This document shows, one piece after another, positions 21,301-28,857 of a stretch of DNA of 64,000 nt (positions within the stretch are counted from its first letter, which is position 1; every line of letters begins with the position of its first letter). Made by a program: the position numbers and the translations under genes. Where the stretch lies: the IMG/VR virus record IMGVR_UViG_3300001784_000008. The stretch is one strand, 5' to 3'. The notes under the pieces were generated by a model that searched no databases, had not been told where the DNA came from, and worked only from the letters and a program-made list of their open reading frames with translations. Origin of the DNA: an uncultured virus (IMG/VR IMGVR_UViG_3300001784_000008) (lineage: Duplodnaviria > Heunggongvirae > Uroviricota > Caudoviricetes).

Positions 21301-22124
21301 CGAACGCCCAGGCAATTGCGAACGTAAACGGCGAACTCAGTGCGATGTACAACATCAAGGTTGCAGTCGATGCAAATGGTCGACAGTACGCAGCCGGGAT
21401 GGGTATAGGCGTTGAGAACACGCCAGCGGGTATGCAGTCGCAGGTGATTTTCCTGGCTGACCGTTTCGCAGTTATGACCCAGGCAGGAAGCGATGTTACG
21501 CTCCCATTCGTTATTCAGAACGGGCAGACGATTATCCGGGATACGGTGATTGGTGACGGTACGATCGGTAACAGCAAAATCGGTAACTATATCCAGTCCT
21601 CAACCTGGGACGGGACTGGCAATGTTGGATGGCACATCAATAAATCAGGTTATGCAGTGTTCAATAACGTCACCGTACGTGGAACTGTTTATGCAACAAG
21701 CGGAAGCTTCAAAGGTACTGTAGAAGCAACCAGTTTTGTCGGTGATATAGCAAACGTGGGAATTGGCAGTGACGCCGTTATTTCTGGAGGAGGGAACGCA
21801 TCAAGAACAATTACTTTTACCGATTCGTCTTCATCATTATTAGGGAAGTCAGCACTCCTTGAGGCACTTATTTTCGTTTCTTCTTTATCTGGCACAACTA
21901 CCGTAAATATAACCCTCAATATCAATGGCAGCATTCGTGATTTTGGAACAATCAATGTACCTGCCGGAACAGGTGGTCTTTGGATAACGGTAAGGCATGC
22001 GGTGAGTAACATAACATCCAGTACAGTAACCGGAACTATTACAGTCGTAGGAACAGGAACGGCGGGTAAAACTATTTCTTCACCCACTTTGACAATAACG
22101 CGAGGAACAGGCTCTTTCGTCTGA
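18315..22124 (+). CDS. J: Central tail fibre / host specificity protein J
   Basis: IKGRKGG start, GEGE, AWTDNP, FnIII and coiled-coil regions; 1269 aa. Confidence 0.95.
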   Translation: MATETIIKGRKGGSSSARTPTEQPDDLQSVAKAKILIALGEGEFAGKLTARDIYLDGTPLENSDGSQNFSGVAWEFRPGNQAQKYIQGIPGTENEINVGTEVSSDTAWTHTFTNTQLSAVRLRLKWPSLFEQKNNGDLVGYSINYAIELQTDGGSWQTVLNTNVTGKTTSGYERSHRIDLPQAGSTWTVRLRKLTKDANSAKIGDTMTLQSYTEVIDAKLRYPNTALLYIEFDSSQFNGSIPQISCEPRGRVIRVPDTYDPETRTYSGTWTGAFKWAWTDNPTWIFYDLVVTDRFGLGDRLTAANIDKWTLYQVAQYCDQAVPDGKGGNGTEPRYICNVYVQERNDAYTVLRDFAAIFRGMTYWGGDQIVALADMPRDVDYSYTRANVIDGRFNYASSTSKTRYTSALVSWSDPDNAYADAMEPVFEQALVARYRGFNQLEMTAIGCTRQSEANRKGRWGILTNNKDRVVSFDVGLDGNIPQPGYIIAVADELLSGKAMGGRISAVNGRVITLDRDSSAAAGHRLMVNLPSGASQSRTIQSVNGRAITVSTAYSEIPEAEAVWVVESDELYAQQYRVVSVSDNNNGTFSIAAAYHDPDKYARIDTGAIIDQRPISVIPPGNQAPPDNIVINSFSVVQQNISVETMRVSWDQAQNAIAYEAQWRRNDGNWVNVPRSSTTSFDIPGIYAGRYLVRVRAINAAEISSGWGYSEEKTLTGKVGNPPKPVSFIASENVVFGIDLNWAFPANTDDTLKTEIQYSLTGTEGDAILLADVPYPQRKYQQMGLKAGQIFWYRAQLVDRTGNESGYTDFVRGQASIDVSDITDAILEDMKGSETFKDLIENAVDSNEKIADMADDIKSHADELEKQAQEIQENADGLAQAAVKIDEISVSMDGMTGGVKNSAIAIIQNGLAQVATRKRLSATVAGNSAQLDRIDEVIVNEKEATARALLSLQTNVNGNTASINSLSQTVSNYQQATATQINAITATVNGHTAAITTNAQAIANVNGELSAMYNIKVAVDANGRQYAAGMGIGVENTPAGMQSQVIFLADRFAVMTQAGSDVTLPFVIQNGQTIIRDTVIGDGTIGNSKIGNYIQSSTWDGTGNVGWHINKSGYAVFNNVTVRGTVYATSGSFKGTVEATSFVGDIANVGIGSDAVISGGGNASRTITFTDSSSSLLGKSALLEALIFVSSLSGTTTVNITLNINGSIRDFGTINVPAGTGGLWITVRHAVSNITSSTVTGTITVVGTGTAGKTISSPTLTITRGTGSFV

Positions 22125-22184
22125 CGCAGATTTTTAATCTCACTTATAACCCGCTCTGCGGGTTTTTTATTGCCAGGAGAAAAT

Positions 22185-23444
22185 ATGCTTTATAACTCTG
22201 GAACCATCGCAATTAACGGAAACACCGCAACTGGTACTGGCTCGAACTGGACGGCACCTGCCAGCCAGGTTCGTGCTGGCCAGACGATCATCGTCCTGTC
22301 TACTCCGGTTCAAATTTTCCAGATTTCAAGCGTGGACAGTGCAACATCGCTGACAGTAACGCCAGCTGCGTCGCCAGCGCTCAGCGGCCAGAAATACGGG
22401 ATCCTCATTTCTGATAATGTCTCTATCGACGGACTTGCGCAGGCGATGTCGCAGCTCATCAAAGAGTATGACGAGAACATTGGCGCGTGGGAGACGTTCG
22501 CCACTACATCAGCCAATCAGAGCATCACCGTGACAATCAACGGCATCGCCGTAACCATCCCCGCCATCGGTAAACTGGCTCAGAAAGGGACCAATGGTGC
22601 GCTGCCTGTAGACCAGGGTGGAACCGGCGCGACGACTGAGGAAGAGAGTCGCAAAAACCTCGGTTTGGGAAGTGCAGCAACCAAAAATACTGGTACTGAT
22701 ACAGGTGAAGTACCGTTACTTGGCACACTGGGTTTTGGCTTTGCTCAAACGGTCGATGGCTACAACCAATACTTTGATCGCGCGATTTTTCTTGCGACTA
22801 ACTCTCCACAGTCGTGGTTCCCCGGAAGCCAACAGGGAACAATCATCAATATAGCCTATCCTTCGAACACGAAGTTTGTTTCTCGCTGGATGGGTGACAC
22901 GAGCGGCAGAGCTTTTTTCCAGTCTGTGGTTAATGGGGCATATAGCAACGCAGCAGAAATTTGCATGATAGGTAAGAGTGTCACAGTAGATGGAAATGGA
23001 TTTATCAAGAAAGCATCACCCATAGTTAACATTTTCATGGACGGAACCTCAGAGACAAATGCTGAATCTGAAGGTTGTGTTGTTACCCGTACTTCAGTGG
23101 GGGAGTATCTGATTGAAGGCTGCACTGGGCTGAATGCTGATGCTGCATGGGGCGGCATTGATGGTGGTTTTGAGATCCCAACAGACAGGAATAAGCAGCC
23201 GCTGGTATGGCTTGATTACGAAGTTTATGCTGACGGTTCTGTGCTTGTTAAGACGTTCCACCGTACCCATTCAGACGCACCAAAGTTCGCGCAAAACCTC
23301 ATTGATGGATTTTCTGACCGTGACCCAATTGATATCCCGACTGACCAGTTCATCAGTGTTCGTGTTGAAATGCCAGCCGATTCGTTGTTCAACAAAAAAA
23401 TGCGTGTAGCCGAGATAGCCCTAGTTAATAAAGGCGATGAATAA
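22185..23444 (+). CDS. Side tail fibre protein
   Basis: After J; GGAG RBS; GGTGATT...RKNLGLG fibre motif; VDGNGFIKKASP C-terminal domain. Confidence 0.85.
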   Translation: MLYNSGTIAINGNTATGTGSNWTAPASQVRAGQTIIVLSTPVQIFQISSVDSATSLTVTPAASPALSGQKYGILISDNVSIDGLAQAMSQLIKEYDENIGAWETFATTSANQSITVTINGIAVTIPAIGKLAQKGTNGALPVDQGGTGATTEEESRKNLGLGSAATKNTGTDTGEVPLLGTLGFGFAQTVDGYNQYFDRAIFLATNSPQSWFPGSQQGTIINIAYPSNTKFVSRWMGDTSGRAFFQSVVNGAYSNAAEICMIGKSVTVDGNGFIKKASPIVNIFMDGTSETNAESEGCVVTRTSVGEYLIEGCTGLNADAAWGGIDGGFEIPTDRNKQPLVWLDYEVYADGSVLVKTFHRTHSDAPKFAQNLIDGFSDRDPIDIPTDQFISVRVEMPADSLFNKKMRVAEIALVNKGDE

Positions 23445-23446
23445 AG

Positions 23447-24181
23447 GTCGGTTTGAGCGCATTCTTGACTCTTGAAGACCAGAGTACTGTCTATGGCCCT
23501 GCACGGGAGCAGGCAATTATGATTCGCAAAAACGAGTGGGTAGCCTGTACGAACATTGGAGCCATAAGACCAAAGACAGCGCGTTTTGTATCCGGTGAAA
23601 ACCCGACCAGTCTTGACTGGAAAAACAGCACAGGTTTTATCACTGGTCAGGTTGAGGGTGGAGCGGTCGGAGCATGGATGGACATTACCTCTGCCGATGA
23701 AGGCGCGCGGATGCAGTTAATTGGATTTTATGGAGATAACAATGGCAAGCATGGGTTCGGTTACAAGGTCTACAACCCAAACTCTCAGTCCTGGTACAAT
23801 TTCGCAGTTGCGCGGGATACAAACAACACGACTATTGATAGTAACGGATTTATAAAAGCCGCCTCGCCAATCGTTAACATTTTCAGAGACGGAACCTCAG
23901 AGACAAATGCCGAATCTGAAGGTTGCGTTGTTACCCGTACTTCAGTGGGGGAGTATCTGATTGAAGGTTGCACGGGGCTAAATGCTGATGCGGCATGGGG
24001 CGGCACAGATGGTGGCTTTGAAATCCCTCTGGACAGAAACAAGCAGCCTCGTATCTGGCTTGACTACACAGTTAATGCCGATAGCTTTGTTTCAGTTCGC
24101 GTGGAAATGCCGGTCGATTCTTTGTTCAACCAAAAAATGCGTCCTACTGAGAAAACACCGCATGCTGGAGAAGGCGAATAA
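23447..24181 (+). pseudogene. Silent alternative tail-fibre C-terminal cassette
   Basis: No fibre N-terminus; begins GTC GGT TTG in the same phase as CTC GGT TTG in the upstream gene; shares ASPIVNIF...GGFEIP domain; carries an internal in-frame deletion. Confidence 0.75.
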
Positions 24182-24478
24182 ATGTCGTAACGCAGTTACA
24201 CCGTTGAGTTTTTTGGCTATCGTTTGCAGGCGATTAAAGAGTTGAATGCTAAAGTTGAAGCTTTTTCTCAGAACAAATAAGTGTAAATGAGTTGGTTNGT
24301 GGTNNNGTTAATAATAAACGTAAGCATGCATGTTAGATNGGANGNATTTGATTAGTATAGGTTGATATGGNCNNCTAAAAAAAGCCTACGTTAAGCAGGC
24401 GATAATAATGATGCATAGTTATTATAGTAATGCTGTTGTAAATCGGTTTTCTANAGNAANNGCTTAAAAGTTAGAATN

Positions 24479-24706
24479 TTANAAATATTTTNTTGCTGCA
24501 TCAAATATTTCCTCTGAAGTAAGTTCTCGATCTGATGCGACATAGATAATTTCATGGTCTCCTGTTAATGATGGAAAGCCAGCAGACATTATCTGAAGAT
24601 TAATTTCTTCTCCATTTGGATACTCTTCACGTATTGATGTAACACCCTTAAGTACTGTGATAACTTTGCTCGGTTTTCCATTAAAAAAAACGATCACTGT
24701 TTTCAT
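24479..24706 (-). CDS. Hypothetical AT-rich protein
   Basis: 75-aa ORF, 3' end contains Ns. Confidence 0.55.
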   Translation of the reverse strand: MKTVIVFFNGKPSKVITVLKGVTSIREEYPNGEEINLQIMSAGFPSLTGDHEIIYVASDRELTSEEIFDAAXKYX

Positions 24707-24854
24707 ATATCACCATGTATTTGTTCGTGATTTTTCAATCTAAGACTATCAGAAAGAGTTTGCTTTATAGATTTTTTTGTCTCTTCCGAAATTAAAGCAA
24801 GCAATGTCTTGCCTTAACGTGTACTGTGGCAGTCCATTTAAACAGGAGATGCCT

Positions 24855-25019
24855 ATGTCTGGACGTAAAAACACTCAATTCCGCCGAAATTATTTAGTTA
24901 AATGCCCTTGTCCAAACTGCTCTAAAGATTCTGAGCACAGTTACAATCGCATACAAAAAGGGGCCCAACTGGTCTGCCCTTACTGCAGCGCTTTGTTTAA
25001 ATCAACTCAACGCTTCTAA
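24855..25019 (+). CDS. ynfU: YnfU-family zinc-binding protein
   Basis: MSGRKNTQFRRNYLVKCPCPNC...CPYC resembles E. coli Qin YnfU; AGGAG RBS. Confidence 0.75.
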   Translation: MSGRKNTQFRRNYLVKCPCPNCSKDSEHSYNRIQKGAQLVCPYCSALFKSTQRF

Positions 25020-25274
25020 AGACATTCTCTTACAAAAAATTTAAAAAGTGATGCTTTTGGAGGCTGCCTAACCTCTTACGCACTTTAATATTTTACAAGC
25101 AGTTAGCTTCTGCTTTGAGACTGTTCGTGCAGCAGTCCTGCACTTCATCACATCGGTCAGCAAACTCGTTCGAAAGAAAAAATATGCTGGCCTGTTGGAA
25201 TGACACTCAGTTACCTTATCAAGAGCCCGTCTACTCAGTAAAAACGTCATCGTTATCGCGGGCCAATGATAATA

Positions 25275-25493
25275 TTACTTATCGCAGAGCGTTACGTTGG
25301 CTGCAGCAGGGCCTTTATTACCTGCCATAATAGCAAATTCGACTTTTTGACCTTCAAAAAGTGTTTTGAAACTCTCTCCCTGTAGGGCAGAAAAGTGAAC
25401 AAAAACATCTTTACTTCCATCAAGCGGGGAGATGAACCCAAAACCCTTATCTTCGTTATACCACTTGACCAGACCTAAGATCTTAGATGACAT
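25275..25493 (-). CDS. Cold-shock protein (CspA/B/G/I-type)
   Basis: [15 protein letters not shown] (RNP1), DVFVHFSAL (RNP2). Confidence 0.95.
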   Translation of the reverse strand: MSSKILGLVKWYNEDKGFGFISPLDGSKDVFVHFSALQGESFKTLFEGQKVEFAIMAGNKGPAAANVTLCDK

Positions 25494-25655
25494 AAAACAC
25501 TCCATTTGATGACTATCAAAGTAACAAAATTATGATAAGAAACGTATATCAGAATACGTATGAACTCAAAAGGAGGGGATATCAAAGATAGCGCCTTGTT
25601 ATGAGGACTGCTTGTGAAATGTTACATTTGATATTTGTATCAAACTAACTAAATC

Positions 25656-25684
25656 ATTAAGGCATGGACTGGGCCAATAAGCAA
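25656..25684 (-). promoter_or_regulatory. cspA-like sigma70 promoter with long 5' UTR
   Basis: TTGCTT-17 bp-CTTAAT about 160 nt upstream of the csp ATG. Confidence 0.6.
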
Positions 25685-25779
25685 ATTTTATTTTAGCCAT
25701 CTGGGTGGCCACTTAATGATGATTAGCTAAAAAAATAATTTCCTGTATAGTCGAAGTTCGATTACTACAAGGAAATTAT

Positions 25780-25992
25780 TTGTCTCGTAAAATGACAGGA
25801 ATTGTCAAAAGTTTTGACTCCAAGAGTGGAAAAGGTTTCATCATCCCATCAGATGGCCGAAAAGATGTTTTCCTACATATCTCTGCATTAAATAACAGCG
25901 AAAACCAATCGTTAAGACCAGGTGTTCGCGTTGAATTTTATCGCATAAATGGGCTCAGTGGTCCGATGGCGGCAAACATATTTCTTTCTTAA
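25780..25992 (+). CDS. Cold-shock-like protein, CspF/CspH type
   Basis: TTG start [30 protein letters not shown]; divergent from csp as in cspB/cspF. Confidence 0.9.
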   Translation: MSRKMTGIVKSFDSKSGKGFIIPSDGRKDVFLHISALNNSENQSLRPGVRVEFYRINGLSGPMAANIFLS

Positions 25993-25998
25993 AAATAC

Positions 25999-26102
25999 GA
26001 CGGGTATGAAATTAGCTTGAAAAAAGTGCAAGTCCTGAAAGGGGTTGCAATTGCAACCCCTTTCAGGACTTGCACTTTTTTCAAGCTAATTTCATACCCG
26101 TC
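25999..26102. repeat. Perfect 104-bp palindrome without spacer
   Basis: 52-bp arms checked base by base; centre GGGGTTGCAA|TTGCAACCCC. Confidence 0.97.
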
Positions 26103-26159
26103 ATATTTCTTTCTTAAAAATACGATTGATATGGCACTAGATTGAAAAAAGTACAAGTC

Positions 26160-26848
26160 CTAAAAAGTATTGGATTGGATATCTATTGATTCTATTAATT
26201 TTCCCCCTTGATTTTTTACATTCCCCAGAGCATGTGTAACTGCGTGCCTGATAAACTTCTCCGCAGTCGCAGAACCGTCGGTTGCTATCTCTTGAGCTTC
26301 TTTCCCTCCAACATACTGTCGCATCCATTCACGGGTAGTTTCAGGTGACATAACAAGTGGGCACCGATCGCGAATATCAGCCAGGCCCTTATCAGCTGCA
26401 GACGTTACAATGAGAAAACCCTCTGTATCATCGCCGCACTCGAACCTTGTACTGCCGATAGCAGCCATGAATATGGGTCGACCATCTGTCTGGTGGATGA
26501 AGTACGGCTGTTTTTTGTCGCCTTCTTTCTTCCACTCGAACCACCCATCTGCGAAACAGATCGCCCGTCCGTGCTGCCATAACGATTTAAACATGTGACT
26601 TGTGGCCGCCGTCTCGATGCGCGCGTTAATAAGTGGCGGTTTGTCCCACCATCCTGGAGCGTAACCCCAAAAAACCGGATCAAGATGCAGCTGCTCGTCG
26701 CGTTCGCTCAACAGCAGGACTTTGGTACCTGGTGCCACGTTGTAACGTCCAATCGGCTCCGGGTCATAGGCGATGTCGCGATCGGCTTCATCGGACAGAT
26801 ATGCCAGATATTCTTCACGGGTTGGGCTTGTGCAAAACGTCCACACAT
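26160..26848 (-). pseudogene. SRAP (YedK/HMCES-family) gene with 5' frameshift
   Basis: ATG 26848 gives MCGRFAQAQ, one base out of frame with the body (YNVAPG, INARIET, ADGWFEW). Confidence 0.85.
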
Positions 26849-27010
26849 AGAAACCTCCAGCCAGATGTCAGACTGAAAGTATAGGGCAGGGAGAAAAAAC
26901 AGGTGCGCACCGAAAGTCTATGATTTTGAAACAGGAGCATGATGATGGAAGTCAGCGAGGCGGTAAAGCACGGCGTTTCGAAACGGGAAGGAGCTACGCA
27001 AAAGTGTGAA

Positions 27011-27170
27011 TTTTGGGGGCAAATTTGGGGGCGAAATCGTGCTGGGGGCGCGTTTTGGGGCATTATATTGGCCTTTATTGTCCGATAATGTCCGAATGAT
27101 GATTCTCATAACTCACTGATATATAAATAAGTTATTGTTTTAACAGTGGTCGTGATTTTTACAAAACAGT
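27011..27170. repeat. Att-arm-like repeat cluster
   Basis: Four TGGGG(G)C repeats, two TGTCCGA repeats, AT-rich tract at the end of phage 1 cargo. Confidence 0.5.
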
Positions 27171-27176
27171 CTAACG

Positions 27177-27617
27177 CTAATTGTAGTAATGCACCCCATT
27201 GATAACTCTCGGTTCTTTTACATAGCCATTACCTTCCAGAATTATTTTTTGAGAACCGCTTTGTGCTCCACCGTAAACCCCACGAAGAACCATAATCCCA
27301 TTATTGTTTAAGGTACCCATAAGCAAGCCGGACTCTTCGATGACTAGTGTTGCCTCACGAGAGATGGATACAGTACCATACGCGTTACCTTCTATGATAA
27401 CAGTCGCTCCAGATGAGATGGAAATGGTACCATGTTGCGACCCCAAAATTCTTACTGTTGCGTTAGCTGAAACTGACAACGTGCCATGAAGTGAGCCAGT
27501 TATTGTCAATTTCCCACTGATAACTTTAACTGTACCTCGGTGTTCGACAGCTAATACTGTATTTTCAGTAATTATTGTCTGAGGCACTTTTTGACCATTT
27601 ATGATGTCATAGTTCAT
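27177..27617 (-). CDS. Beta-helix repeat (bactofilin-like) hypothetical protein
   Basis: Roughly 18-aa repeats G-x-x-x-G-T-[LIV]-S-[VI]-S-x-x-A-T-[VL]; GGAGGG RBS. Confidence 0.65.
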   Translation of the reverse strand: MNYDIINGQKVPQTIITENTVLAVEHRGTVKVISGKLTITGSLHGTLSVSANATVRILGSQHGTISISSGATVIIEGNAYGTVSISREATLVIEESGLLMGTLNNNGIMVLRGVYGGAQSGSQKIILEGNGYVKEPRVINGVHYYN

Positions 27618-27686
27618 AATTTACCCTCCATGTTCTGATAATTAACAGCTTAATCTATGTTAAGCTGATTTTATGATCAATAGCTG

Positions 27687-27926
27687 CTAATCAGCAACCA
27701 GCCACATATCGGCCTCTTCAAACATTTCCTCCAGCATGCGGTTCAGTTTTTCCCGATCGCTTTTGCTGGCATCACTATTCAGACCGTTTGCCTGCATCGG
27801 CTTCACCTTCACTTCGGCATCAGGGAAAATCTGGTGTACCCGCTTCGTCAGCTCAGCCAGGATGATCTCTCTGGCTCCTGTCAGCCCATCTACATTTCTT
27901 TTGTCATAAACAAGTTCTACAAACAT
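27687..27926 (-). CDS. DinI/MsgA-family protein
   Basis: MFVELVYDKRNV...ELTKRVHQIFPDAEVKVKP...EEMFEEADMW. Confidence 0.9.
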   Translation of the reverse strand: MFVELVYDKRNVDGLTGAREIILAELTKRVHQIFPDAEVKVKPMQANGLNSDASKSDREKLNRMLEEMFEEADMWLVAD

Positions 27927-27982
27927 AACCACTCCTTAGGTATGAAAATGTCTCTGCTTGATCTACGCTCATAAAAATACTA

Positions 27983-27998
27983 CTGTATATGTATACAG
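27983..27998. promoter_or_regulatory. LexA (SOS) box
   Basis: CTGTATATGTATACAG between divergent dinI-like and umuD-like genes. Confidence 0.9.
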
Positions 27999-28024
27999 TC
28001 AATTGTTGCTTTAGGAAGCCGATT

Positions 28025-28264
28025 ATGCCTCGTCAAACAGATATTCGTGCAGCTTTTTTTACGGCTATACAAATGAACCCAAATGGGTATAAGTATCTGC
28101 ATACAGACGATTTTATTAACGCTTTGCGAGCTAGAAACTGGTACTTCACACAGCATGATGCTAACCAGTGGATCGAACGCTACCAGCCTGACTTTGCTGA
28201 TAAGACTACAGACGAAAGCAATAACCGCTACTGGATCTTGCGTAACATGGGGAGGGTTCATTAA
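28025..28264 (+). CDS. Small SOS-linked hypothetical protein
   Basis: MPRQTDIRAAF; stop overlaps the next start (TAATG). Confidence 0.7.
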   Translation: MPRQTDIRAAFFTAIQMNPNGYKYLHTDDFINALRARNWYFTQHDANQWIERYQPDFADKTTDESNNRYWILRNMGRVH

Positions 28265-28563
28265 TGGGATTTGCATCACCTGCGGCAGACTACGCCGAGC
28301 GCCCGTTATCCCCAACGGTTCTCTGCAACATTGGTTCAGAGAGCAGGGTTCTTGAAACTGATGTTGGGTTTGCAGTCGTAGAGCCTGCCACGAAAATAAA
28401 GTCCGGCGATATACTGCTGATCCTGAGTGACGGACATACGCAATTTGCCAAACTTATGGGTAAGACACTCATCACTGATGACGGTGAAGCGATAGAGGGA
28501 ATTGTGCTGGAAGAGGTAGAGGTACTAGGCCGGGTAACATTCTTCATCAACCGTGCTAAATAG
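28264..28563 (+). CDS. UmuD/HumD-like protein
   Basis: MGFASPAADY N-terminus, VLGRVTFFI C-terminus. Confidence 0.7.
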   Translation: MGFASPAADYAERPLSPTVLCNIGSESRVLETDVGFAVVEPATKIKSGDILLILSDGHTQFAKLMGKTLITDDGEAIEGIVLEEVEVLGRVTFFINRAK

Positions 28564-28637
28564 GATAATTGCCCAGTAATCTAGGTAGGTATCACCACCA
28601 TTTCACCATAGTTTCACCATTAGGAAATTATCATCAT

Positions 28638-28667
28638 AAAAAAACCAGCCATAAGAGGCTGGTTTTT
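28638..28667. terminator. Bidirectional terminator
   Basis: A run-CCAGCC-loop-GGCTGG-T run. Confidence 0.8.
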
Positions 28668-28678
28668 AATATGTTTTT

Positions 28679-28744
28679 TGGTCGGCACGAGAGGATTTGA
28701 ACCTCCGACCCCCGACACCCCATGACACCGCGCTACCAGGCTGC
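28679..28744 (-). other. att core: 3' part of tRNA-Pro(GGG), 5' part degenerate
   Basis: 28679-28726 is the reverse complement of GTCATGGGGTGTCGGGGGTCGGAGGTTCAAATCCTCTCGTGCCGACCA; no acceptor-stem 5' strand; adjacent to integrase. Confidence 0.9.
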
Positions 28745-28779
28745 ACTCCCGCATGGTTTCTGGCTTGCAGCTAATTTAA

Positions 28780-28795
28780 CTGTATAAACAAACAG
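28780..28795. promoter_or_regulatory. LexA-box-like site in att arm
   Basis: CTGTATAAACAAACAG. Confidence 0.6.
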
Positions 28796-28857
28796 TGTGT
28801 TTTATGCATTTTACGCGCTATATACATCAATGAGTTAAGGGGTGGTTTCACCATTTC

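Larger units (their letters stand above)
1..27170 (+). mobile_element. Prophage 1 (lambda-like head/tail), late half; left end outside window
   Basis: Complete lambda gene order nu1 to J plus cos; right end inferred from att-arm-like repeats at ~27.0-27.17 kb. Confidence 0.9.

Noticed and set aside
22990..24130. Diversity-generating retroelement VR/TR pair
   Set aside because: No reverse transcriptase in the window, and differences are not restricted to adenines
25999..26102. Linear-plasmid telomere or retron msr-msd as a firm call
   Set aside because: No protelomerase or RT gene is visible, and an artefact is not excluded
28679..28755. Intact tRNA-Pro gene
   Set aside because: The 5' acceptor strand is absent and the anticodon stem is disrupted; it is an att remnant
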